A stretch of 64,000 bases of DNA from assembly GCA_949288805.1 (NCBI GenBank), contig CASELL010000003.1, positions 1,789-65,788 of the forward strand, written 5' to 3'. Below the pieces are notes generated by a model, which worked only from the letters and a program-made list of their open reading frames with translations, was not told the origin of the DNA and ran no database searches. Below, piece after piece: positions 17,943 through 27,053 of the stretch (position 1 is its first letter; each line of letters starts with the position of its first letter). The stretch is from an uncultured Alphaproteobacteria bacterium (GTDB taxonomy: Bacteria; Pseudomonadota; Alphaproteobacteria; Rickettsiales; UBA1997). The translations under genes were made by a program, and so were the position numbers.

Positions 17943-18863
17943 ATGAAAGATTTACACTTACATTTATCTGGAGCAACATCTCCAATTCTTTTATTCGAAA
18001 TGATTAGTGAAACAGGTATCAAGATAAAGGCAAAACAATATGAACAATTTGTTAATACATTATTAATGGAAGATAATAAAGTTAAAAATCTTGACGATTA
18101 TCTCGATATTATACATACAATAGATGAAACACAAAGTTCTCCAAGAGCTGTTGAACTATCTTTTTATGATAGTTATAAAAACTCTTTTTTATCTGGTTGT
18201 AAATATTTAGAGTTAAGATGGAACCCTTATAAAAGAAGTCAAAACTTTAAGATAGATTTAGATAAATTGATAGTTTCTGCTAGAAGTGGTTATGAAAAAG
18301 CAAATTCCATATTCGGTATTGAAGGAGCCATGATATTTTGTCTAGGTAGAGATTGTACAGAAGAACAAAACGAAGGTATTTTTAAAAAAGCAATACAATA
18401 TTATAAAAAGGGTGTTATAGGAATAGACACTGCTGGACCTGAATCAAAGGTTCCTATAAAACCAGAATTCGAACAATATTATAAAACCGCTAATGCTCTT
18501 GGTATGATGACTACAATTCATTGTGGGGAACCAGATTATGAAACAGTTGAAGATACATTAGCAACGGTTTTAGAAAAATATAAAGTAAAAAGAATAGGAC
18601 ATGGAGTTCAAATACATAGATTTCCTAATTTAATGAAACTTGCTTCTAGTATGGGTGTTATGTTTGAAATATGTATATCAAGCAATCTTGTTACTAAAGC
18701 TGTTAATTCATTAGATGATTTTATAAAAATATTTAAAATATTTGAAGAATATCAAATTAATTATACAATATGTACAGATTCAACCTTTTCATTAAAAACA
18801 AACATAGCTAATGAAAATAAGATATACAATGATTTAATGGAAAAATCAAAAAAAAAGAAGTAG
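17943..18863 (+). CDS. add: Adenosine/adenine deaminase family amidohydrolase
   Basis: 306 aa with LHLHLSGA, TIHCGE, RIGHGV, CTDS metal-binding motifs in the canonical order. Confidence 0.8.
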   Translation: MKDLHLHLSGATSPILLFEMISETGIKIKAKQYEQFVNTLLMEDNKVKNLDDYLDIIHTIDETQSSPRAVELSFYDSYKNSFLSGCKYLELRWNPYKRSQNFKIDLDKLIVSARSGYEKANSIFGIEGAMIFCLGRDCTEEQNEGIFKKAIQYYKKGVIGIDTAGPESKVPIKPEFEQYYKTANALGMMTTIHCGEPDYETVEDTLATVLEKYKVKRIGHGVQIHRFPNLMKLASSMGVMFEICISSNLVTKAVNSLDDFIKIFKIFEEYQINYTICTDSTFSLKTNIANENKIYNDLMEKSKKKK

Positions 18864-18869
18864 TAAAAA

Positions 18870-19721
18870 ATGAAAGCTTTATTAATTAGTAATCCATTAT
18901 CTGGTAATTATAATGATAAAAAAATAAATCTTTTAATATCTTCATTAAATAAAAAAAATATAATTATTGAAAGATATAATTTACAAAAAGAAGAAAAAAT
19001 AGATAATATTATACAGAAGATCAACCCAGATGAATATAGTGAATTAATATTAGCTTTTGGTGATGGTACGATAAATAGTGCCTGTAATGCCTTATTAGAA
19101 AGAGATGATTATGATAAATTTAATATTTTAATTATTCCAATAGGAACTGCCAATGTTATATCAATGGAATTAAATTGTAACAAAACTAAGAATGCAGTAA
19201 AAGCTTTTTTAAAAGGTAATGTAAAAAGAGTTCATATAGGTATTGCTAATGATAGATATTTTGTAGCTATGGCTAGTGCAGGTTTTGATTCTGTTTCTGT
19301 TCAAAATGTTAACGAAAATCTAAAAAGAAAAATTGGTAAATTAGCTTATATTTATTCTTTTTTAAAAATTTTATTTAAGAAAAAAGATAAATTAATTACA
19401 AAAGTCAATGGAAAAAAATATGAAAATATTTTAACATGTGCTAGCAATGGTATGTATTATGGAATAAAAGTAAAAGCAACAAATTCAAAAATTATAAATA
19501 ATAGTTTTGATGTTGTTATAATAAAAAAATTTAATATGTTTCATGCTATTAAATATTTGTTTACTAGAAAATCTAATAATTCAATAGAATATATAAAAGA
19601 TGTAGATAAACTATCAATTGATGGTTCTATACCATTTCAAATCGATGGCGATTGTATGGGAGAATTACCAATTGAAATAAAATCTACAAATAAATTTTTA
19701 AACTTTTATTATTATAAGTAA
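18870..19721 (+). CDS. Diacylglycerol-kinase-family lipid kinase (YegS/BmrU-like)
   Basis: 283 aa with GDGTINSA and IPIGTAN motifs of DAGK_cat. Confidence 0.8.
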   Translation: MKALLISNPLSGNYNDKKINLLISSLNKKNIIIERYNLQKEEKIDNIIQKINPDEYSELILAFGDGTINSACNALLERDDYDKFNILIIPIGTANVISMELNCNKTKNAVKAFLKGNVKRVHIGIANDRYFVAMASAGFDSVSVQNVNENLKRKIGKLAYIYSFLKILFKKKDKLITKVNGKKYENILTCASNGMYYGIKVKATNSKIINNSFDVVIIKKFNMFHAIKYLFTRKSNNSIEYIKDVDKLSIDGSIPFQIDGDCMGELPIEIKSTNKFLNFYYYK

Positions 19722-19724
19722 TAA

Positions 19725-22454
19725 TTAATCATTTCCAAGCCATTCATCAACTCTACTTAAATGAGTAAAATTACTATAACCATTCTTGTTTGTTGCTATA
19801 AATGGGCTATTTTTTATAGCATCTATTATTGTAATTAATCTATTTTCTATAATTTTAAGATCAAAATTACCAGAATTAAAAGATTTCACTTCTTGTTTAT
19901 TAAAATTAATATACCAATATTCAAATTGACTAACTTTATAATTATTTTTGTTTAGTATATAATATTCAAGAGGTAATTGTATCTCTCTTAAATTTTCAAC
20001 ATCTTTATCTTTTTTTTCTCCACCAGTTTTATAATCTACTATATCAATAATATTATCAATTTTTTTTTCTATTCTATCAATTTTAGCACTTATATTAAAA
20101 TCATTTAATCTTACAAAAAATCTATTTTCAGTTAAAACGCTTTCAAAATGTCTTTCTTTTCTTATTCTAATAAAATTATCAAAAGCAACTTTTACTTTAT
20201 CATAATAGAGCCTTATCATTGTTTTATTGTTTAAAAATAAATTATTTAACTCTTCGTTTATTATATTATCACAATTTTTTGGTTTTTCATTTTCATATCT
20301 TTCAAGTATTTTATGTATTAAATTACCAATTGCTAAGTTTAAATTATAATTTTCAAACACATCTGTTTCATATAATTTTAATATGTATTGAGCATATATA
20401 TCATATGGATTTTTTATAAAAGTATTTATTAAAGTTGGAGATAGATTCATTAATCTATATTTTTTATCTGGACAAGGCTCAGGTCTTTTTGCTTTATAAT
20501 TATATTCTTCTATTTCATTAATAAGTTTATAAATATCCTTAATTTTATTGTCTGTATTTAATTGTAATTTATTACAATATAATAAAGTTTTTATTCTTTG
20601 TAAAAATCTTGACTCAAACGATATATTTCCAGCGACTTTCTTTGATCTAGTAATAACAACATTTTTTTGAGATATTAATTGTATAAAATCATGTGCACTT
20701 TTCCCTATTTCTATATCTCTTGATAATAACCCAAAACTTTTTCTCATACTTTTACTCATCCAAGGATCTGTAGCTATATTTCTAGGAAAAACGCCATCAT
20801 TCATATTAAATAATACAACTAAATCATAATTTATTAATCTTGCCTCTTGTTGTGATATTATATTTATTGCTTTATTTTTTGAATAATTTTCACTATATGA
20901 TTGTTGAGAAAAAATATAACTAATTAACTTAAAATATGTTTCTACATTAATATTTTTACATAAATCTATTGATAATATATTTTTATTTATAAAATCAATA
21001 ATTTCCAAATCTTCATCTTTTAAATCAAAACTTATATTTTTTAACAAAGCAATATGATTATTTAAAAAATTACTAAAACTATCTTTTTCTTTAAAAATAG
21101 AATAATATTCTAATATTTTATCAAGAAATATATTTAATTCATTGTCCCCTTTTAATTTATAAAAATCTATATTGTCATCATTTAGAGAATATACAAAAAT
21201 ATTTTCTTTTAATTCAATTTTGTAATTATTTAATTCTTCTTTATTATAACCAAAACTTATTCTTTCATTATTAAGCAAATCAATAAAAACTTCTTTCTTA
21301 AACTCATCAATATAACATTGAATTATTAATAAAAAATATTTCACAAAATTATTATTTATATATTTATTACCAAAAGCATTATTAATTGGTAAATTATATT
21401 TTTTTAGGTTTAATTCTATTAAATGAGAATATTCATCGGTTGATATTATAGCTATATTATTTAAAGTATTTTTAGCTATATAATCTAATAAATATAAAGT
21501 TATTACATCAATTTCTTCATAAATATTATCACATTCAAAATATTTTATATTATCAAGATTATTTAAGTCTTTGTTGTTATGCCAATTATTAGTTAAAGAA
21601 TAATTTGACATGGCTTTATTTATTAGATCAACACTATTTATTGTTTTGTATTCTTCATATTCTATATTTTTTATATCTTTAATATCTAAATATTTAATTA
21701 TGTTATTATAATAATAATTACTGTCTATTTCATCAGCTATACAATCTTTTATATAACCCTTCATAAAATAATATGTATTATCATAAACAGATAAAGTTTT
21801 TATTAATTCATTTGTTATTTTAATATCTGTAAAAATACCAGCAAAAATTATAGGATTTTTTGGTTTTTTATTTTTAAAAGAATCTTTATAAAACTTTAAA
21901 TTAATTAAAGAGTTTTTATTTTTAGATATAATATTATTTTCATTTAAAAACTTATTCCATTTCTTACCAAAAACTTTTAAAAACTTTAATATTTTTTGCC
22001 AATGTAAAGAATATTCATCATCAACTATATTCTCTAAATCGTCCAGATTTAATTCTTGTTGTTCTACTTCTTGAAAAAAATTACTTAATTCATTAGCAAG
22101 ATTTATTGCTTGGTCTATATTTATATTTTCTTCTATTAATTTTTCTATTAATAAAAGTTTATATTTAATAGCAGAAGTGGATTTTGTAATATCAAGATAC
22201 TTTTCTATATTATCATAATCAAGACTTAATATTTCATCATAATCTATATCACCTATCGCTTTAATATTTGGTAAAATTATTGACTTCTTGTTTGAATTTT
22301 CTAAAAAAATTTTTTTTAATTCATTTACTGATCTTCTACTTGGCAAAAATACATCAACAAAAGACATATCTATGTCATTATCAAAATTATCAACTATGTA
22401 CTTATATAAACTTCTTAAAAAATCATAATTTGATGGGATATTTAAAAAAATCAT
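19725..22454 (-). CDS. addB: Double-strand break repair protein AddB, alphaproteobacterial type
   Basis: 909 aa. The N-terminus has ...VFLPSRRSVNELKKIF. The C-terminal PD-(D/E)xK nuclease has DRIEK...IIDIVDYKTG. It is divergent and Asn/Ile-rich. Confidence 0.7.
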   Translation of the reverse strand: MIFLNIPSNYDFLRSLYKYIVDNFDNDIDMSFVDVFLPSRRSVNELKKIFLENSNKKSIILPNIKAIGDIDYDEILSLDYDNIEKYLDITKSTSAIKYKLLLIEKLIEENINIDQAINLANELSNFFQEVEQQELNLDDLENIVDDEYSLHWQKILKFLKVFGKKWNKFLNENNIISKNKNSLINLKFYKDSFKNKKPKNPIIFAGIFTDIKITNELIKTLSVYDNTYYFMKGYIKDCIADEIDSNYYYNNIIKYLDIKDIKNIEYEEYKTINSVDLINKAMSNYSLTNNWHNNKDLNNLDNIKYFECDNIYEEIDVITLYLLDYIAKNTLNNIAIISTDEYSHLIELNLKKYNLPINNAFGNKYINNNFVKYFLLIIQCYIDEFKKEVFIDLLNNERISFGYNKEELNNYKIELKENIFVYSLNDDNIDFYKLKGDNELNIFLDKILEYYSIFKEKDSFSNFLNNHIALLKNISFDLKDEDLEIIDFINKNILSIDLCKNINVETYFKLISYIFSQQSYSENYSKNKAINIISQQEARLINYDLVVLFNMNDGVFPRNIATDPWMSKSMRKSFGLLSRDIEIGKSAHDFIQLISQKNVVITRSKKVAGNISFESRFLQRIKTLLYCNKLQLNTDNKIKDIYKLINEIEEYNYKAKRPEPCPDKKYRLMNLSPTLINTFIKNPYDIYAQYILKLYETDVFENYNLNLAIGNLIHKILERYENEKPKNCDNIINEELNNLFLNNKTMIRLYYDKVKVAFDNFIRIRKERHFESVLTENRFFVRLNDFNISAKIDRIEKKIDNIIDIVDYKTGGEKKDKDVENLREIQLPLEYYILNKNNYKVSQFEYWYINFNKQEVKSFNSGNFDLKIIENRLITIIDAIKNSPFIATNKNGYSNFTHLSRVDEWLGND

Positions 22455-23149
22455 TGTATTTCTTCTAAAAAAGCCTTCTCTAATGATTGTATATTATATT
22501 TATTTTTTAATTCTTCGGGAGTTCCAATAAATTGTATTTTATTATTATTTAAAACTCCAATTCTATCACATATTTCATCAATATCCGAAAGTATATGAGA
22601 GCTAAAAAATATAGATTTATTATCTTTTTTATAATCTAACAAAATATTTTTTAAATTAATTCTAGCTTTAGGATCAAGTCCACTCATAGGTTCATCAAGT
22701 ATCATTAATTTTTTATTATTTAAAACACTTGTAATCAAACCTATTTTTTGGCTCATACCTTTTGATAAACTAGATATTTTTTTATTTAATACACTTTTAT
22801 CTAAATCTAAACTCTCACATAAGATATTAACTTTATCTATATCAAAATTATTAGCAAATATTTTTATAAACTCTATACATTTCAACTGTTGATTTGGTTG
22901 AAATTTTTCAGGTAAATATGATATATTGTCTCTACTATTTTTGTTATTAACATCAATTCCGCATATATCAATACTTCCAGATGAAGGATTTAAAAGATTT
23001 AATATAGTTTTAATCAAAGTAGTTTTACCAGCTCCATTTAACCCTATTAAACCAAATATTTCACCTTCTTTAATTTCAAGATTAATATCATTCAATATAG
23101 TTTTATCAAAATATTTTGTATATAAGTTTTTAATATTTAAAACAAACAT
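22451..23149 (-). CDS. ABC transporter ATP-binding protein (no adjacent permease)
   Basis: 232 aa with Walker A GLNGAGKTT, signature LSKGMSQK and Walker B LMILDEP. Confidence 0.9.
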   Translation of the reverse strand: MFVLNIKNLYTKYFDKTILNDINLEIKEGEIFGLIGLNGAGKTTLIKTILNLLNPSSGSIDICGIDVNNKNSRDNISYLPEKFQPNQQLKCIEFIKIFANNFDIDKVNILCESLDLDKSVLNKKISSLSKGMSQKIGLITSVLNNKKLMILDEPMSGLDPKARINLKNILLDYKKDNKSIFFSSHILSDIDEICDRIGVLNNNKIQFIGTPEELKNKYNIQSLEKAFLEEIQ

Positions 23150-23150
23150 G

Positions 23151-23906
23151 TTATTTGCTATTTTTTAAAAAATATAAGTAAAAACCCCAACTAATAATTA
23201 TCATAATAATATAAGCTATACATATTATTATACTAAATAACCAAGTTCTAATTAACAAACCAATTAACAAAACACATAATAACAATAAAATCATTTGTTT
23301 ATATGTTGTTTTTAATTTTAATTTTTTTAAACAAGGTGTAGGTATTGTACTACCTGCTAATAGAGCAACTATAGAAGTGTTTATTATAACATATAATGGA
23401 CATATATTTAAGGTTGAAAATTCTAAACTTAAAGCTAATGGCAATAAAACTAATGCTGCCGCCATAGGAGCAGGAACGCCTTTAAAAAAGTATTTATTTA
23501 ATGGATTTTCATGATCTTCATTATTTAATGCTACATTAAATCTTGCTAACCTGATAGCCATACATATAGCTAATAATAAAACTGGAAACCAAGCAACATT
23601 TTTTATTGCTGTATATTCTTCCATTTTCCAAAAATACATTAAAAACCCAGGGGCAATACCAAAATTAAAAAAATCAGCCAAAGAATCCATTTGTGCACCA
23701 AATTCACTAGCAGCATTCAATTTTCTAGCAACTCTTCCATCTATACCATCAAAAAGACAGGCAATAATTATACATATTCCAGAAGAACTAAAATCTCCAC
23801 TTATAGCTAGTTTTACAGATAACAACCCTAAACATAAAGCAGTCATTGTTATCATATTTGGAATTAGTTTTGTTATTTCAAAACTGCTTTGTTCTTCTTT
23901 TTCCAT
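23151..23906 (-). CDS. pssA: CDP-diacylglycerol--serine O-phosphatidyltransferase
   Basis: 251 aa, multi-TM, with the CDP-alcohol phosphatidyltransferase motif DGIDGRVARKLNAASEFGAQMDSLAD. Confidence 0.88.
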   Translation of the reverse strand: MEKEEQSSFEITKLIPNMITMTALCLGLLSVKLAISGDFSSSGICIIIACLFDGIDGRVARKLNAASEFGAQMDSLADFFNFGIAPGFLMYFWKMEEYTAIKNVAWFPVLLLAICMAIRLARFNVALNNEDHENPLNKYFFKGVPAPMAAALVLLPLALSLEFSTLNICPLYVIINTSIVALLAGSTIPTPCLKKLKLKTTYKQMILLLLCVLLIGLLIRTWLFSIIICIAYIIMIIISWGFYLYFLKNSK

Positions 23907-23943
23907 AATATTACCTATTTTTTATTTATAAAATTATTTAAAA

Positions 23944-24618
23944 TTATTTAATTCTAGCTAAAATACTTTCACCAGCTATCATAGTTTGTCCTATTTGAAC
24001 AGCAGGTACAACTCCTTCTGGTAAATAAATATCTACTCTACTACCAAACTTTATTATACCATATTTATCACCTTTTTTAACTTCTTGATTTAAAGCTAAA
24101 TTACAAACTATTCTTCTAGCAACTAGACCAGCTATTTGAACTACTGGAAATTGTAACCCATTCTCTGTTTCAATAACACAAGATTGTCTTTCATTATCTT
24201 TACTATATTTATCAACAGAAACATTTAAAAACTTACCTTCTCTATAATGAAGTTTTGTAATTTTACCAGCAACTGGTATTCTTTGTAAATGAACATTAAA
24301 AACACTTAAAAATATACTAACTCTTGTCCATTTTTTATTTTCGTCCATTTCCAATTCTTCAGGTGGAAAAACTTCTTCTATAGCATCAACAACACCATCA
24401 GCAGGAGCCACAACAACGTCATCTTCATTATTTATAACTCTAACTGGATCTCTAAAAAAATAAATTGATAATAATAGAAGTATTACAAAAATCATACCGA
24501 AAATATTCGATATTAAAGAAGCAATAACGCTTAAGAAAGCAATTGTTAATATTATACTATACCCTTCATTGTTTATTGGTATAATAACTCTTTTTAATGT
24601 ATCTTTTATTGTTGACAT
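23944..24618 (-). CDS. psd: Phosphatidylserine decarboxylase proenzyme
   Basis: 224 aa, short membrane-anchored type with the FGSR self-cleavage motif (IIKFGSRVD). Adjacent to pssA. Confidence 0.88.
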   Translation of the reverse strand: MSTIKDTLKRVIIPINNEGYSIILTIAFLSVIASLISNIFGMIFVILLLLSIYFFRDPVRVINNEDDVVVAPADGVVDAIEEVFPPEELEMDENKKWTRVSIFLSVFNVHLQRIPVAGKITKLHYREGKFLNVSVDKYSKDNERQSCVIETENGLQFPVVQIAGLVARRIVCNLALNQEVKKGDKYGIIKFGSRVDIYLPEGVVPAVQIGQTMIAGESILARIK

Positions 24619-24739
24619 AATTTTTTAAACTTTGTTTTTTTTTACTATTTTTAATATAGTTTTTTTGAAAAGTCAATAATTTTAATCATATATTGATACA
24701 AACAAAACATTTTTTAAAAATATACTTAAATAAATTCAA

Positions 24740-26542
24740 CTAAAAAAAATATTTAAAGTTTATAGAAAAATTACTATAATTTTCTTTCATGTTAAAATAT
24801 TCATACTCAAAACTAAAAGAAAATTTATCATTAAAATAAAAACTTTGATTTAATTTTAAATAATTTTTGTAATCTAGATTATTTTTAATAGGCAAATAAA
24901 AACTAACAATAGTATTACTAAAATTAAACAATTTTAAACTAAAACCCAATTCTTGTTCAAAATACAATTTATCAAAATATCTAATAGAAGGCAAAAAATA
25001 AATATTTAAAACATCTTCAATTAAATTATATGTTTTACCAATTCCAAAATTAAAATCAACATTGCCATTATTTTCACTTAATTCATATAATTCTCTATAA
25101 CCTATATTTAATTTAAAAGACAATGTAGGCAATAAAATACTGCTAGGATTTAATGACTTAATATTTATTAAATCTATATAGTTTATATTAATTTTATTTG
25201 TAGACAAATTATAATTAATTTTAGTTTTTAAAAAATTTAATTCAAAATCATTAAAATATTGAGAATTATTATCATATATTTCTTTATAAACAGGATAAAA
25301 AGTCAAACTAATTACATTATCTTTTTTGTAATTTTCATAAGATAATTTAATAGCACTAGAATATTGACTTTCTAGTGGATTTTTAACTTTTTGTCTTAAA
25401 TTAACATATTCCCAACCTTTAAAATTATCATAAATAATTTTTTGTATATTATTATATTTATTAATATTGATTTTATTTCTTAAAACAAGATCACCAGATA
25501 CATAATCAGCAACCACAAAAGATTCTTGATTTTTTATATAATTTACATTTTCAGTTTTTATAAATTTTTTAATATTTATTTCTTCTTTAATTGTAAAATT
25601 ATCTTTAATCATTTTAATTTTATAAGAATCACTAGGACTTAATTCTATATTTTTAATTAAATTATTTTTATATATATTTTTTAAAATATCCAAAGGTGTT
25701 TGCCAAGGCTTCTTATTTAATTTATAAAACTTTTCATTAATACTGGATAATAAAAAAATAGTAGCAGTGCCACAATTATGATTTATAAAATTATAAGGCA
25801 CTTTAATACTTTTTAACTCCCAAATATGATATATAAAATTTTCAATTTCTTCTTCACTTAAATCTAATTCATAATTCCAAATATTCCTTTTATCAATATC
25901 ATTATATTCTTCTAATTTATTTTTATATGGTGTTAAAACATAATAACCAATAGAACTAGTAAATAACGATTTTAAATAAAACAAAAAATTATCTTCCATT
26001 ATAGCATAATAACTTAAAGCGTTTTCTCTATCATTATCTCCAACTATTCTTATAAACATATGACCCATCATACTAGCTATTGAAGTAATTTGTTCTGAAG
26101 CATAAGATATATATATTTTTTTAGCAGATAAACTTTTTATATATTTTTTAAACTCTTTACAATCAGGTTTAGGAAAAATATCTCTATTTAAATTTAATTG
26201 TTTTAATATATAATTAAATCTAGCAGGATATTTACAAATAGAATGATTTTCACTCAAATCATCATCTTTTAAAAAACTTATTATTGTAGCAATAAACTCT
26301 TCTTTTAAATCGTGATTTTTTGTTATAAAAAAGTTTTTGTCTTTAATAATACTTTTTTTCCCATTATAATGTAATAGAGATTTCCATTTTATATTATTAT
26401 AATCTTTATCATGATATTTAATTATTATATTATTATATTTTATAAAATTATCTTCTACTATAAAACTATTATCTACTAATGTTTTAGAATATACATTAGT
26501 AGATAATATAAAAATAAATAAAATTTTATTTACAAGTGCCAT
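24740..26542 (-). CDS. DUF4105 (Lnb-like N-terminal domain) protein with a C-terminal beta-barrel-like region
   Basis: 600 aa with a signal peptide. KWKSLLHYNGKK...FFIT...ICKYPARFNY...GHMFIRIVG matches the DUF4105 pattern. The C-terminus shows alternating hydrophobics and ends ...FKYFF. Confidence 0.65.
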   Translation of the reverse strand: MALVNKILFIFILSTNVYSKTLVDNSFIVEDNFIKYNNIIIKYHDKDYNNIKWKSLLHYNGKKSIIKDKNFFITKNHDLKEEFIATIISFLKDDDLSENHSICKYPARFNYILKQLNLNRDIFPKPDCKEFKKYIKSLSAKKIYISYASEQITSIASMMGHMFIRIVGDNDRENALSYYAIMEDNFLFYLKSLFTSSIGYYVLTPYKNKLEEYNDIDKRNIWNYELDLSEEEIENFIYHIWELKSIKVPYNFINHNCGTATIFLLSSINEKFYKLNKKPWQTPLDILKNIYKNNLIKNIELSPSDSYKIKMIKDNFTIKEEINIKKFIKTENVNYIKNQESFVVADYVSGDLVLRNKININKYNNIQKIIYDNFKGWEYVNLRQKVKNPLESQYSSAIKLSYENYKKDNVISLTFYPVYKEIYDNNSQYFNDFELNFLKTKINYNLSTNKININYIDLINIKSLNPSSILLPTLSFKLNIGYRELYELSENNGNVDFNFGIGKTYNLIEDVLNIYFLPSIRYFDKLYFEQELGFSLKLFNFSNTIVSFYLPIKNNLDYKNYLKLNQSFYFNDKFSFSFEYEYFNMKENYSNFSINFKYFF

Positions 26543-26915
26543 TGCTATTTACTGGCACAACTATTGTATCATCATAAGTCCATAAAGCACCACTAACAGC
26601 ATCTGTTGTAGTTCCAATAACTCCACCAGTAATTATATTACCAAGAAATATAGGATTAATTCTAGCATTTGATATTGTAGTAGTTTGTCTATAACATTTA
26701 TCTTTTACTGTTATAATAACAGGTTGATTTTTTGTTTTTAATGTAGTAATAGAAGGGATGGCAGTATTTTGTACTAATTCTCCATTTCTAATTTCTATAT
26801 TAACCTTATCAACACTAGAATCACTAGGAATAACATTAACAATTTTAGATGTTCCACTAAATAATGTAGCACAACTTGTTAATAAAATTGGCAATAATAA
26901 AAAAACTTTTTTCAT
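26526..26915 (-). CDS. Small lipoprotein (129 aa)
   Basis: Signal peptide with lipobox LLTSC. A Gly/Thr-rich segment GNIITGGVIGTTTDAVSGALW is present. It overlaps the downstream DUF4105 gene by 17 nt. Confidence 0.6.
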   Translation of the reverse strand: MKKVFLLLPILLTSCATLFSGTSKIVNVIPSDSSVDKVNIEIRNGELVQNTAIPSITTLKTKNQPVIITVKDKCYRQTTTISNARINPIFLGNIITGGVIGTTTDAVSGALWTYDDTIVVPVNSNGTCK

Positions 26916-27053
26916 AAATATATAAGAATTAATAACAATTTAATAATATAATATATTTTTTTATATTCAACATTATTCTATTTATCAAAAACTATATTTA
27001 TATACAATTTATATTAATCTTTACAATAAGCAACTATTGATTTATGATATATT

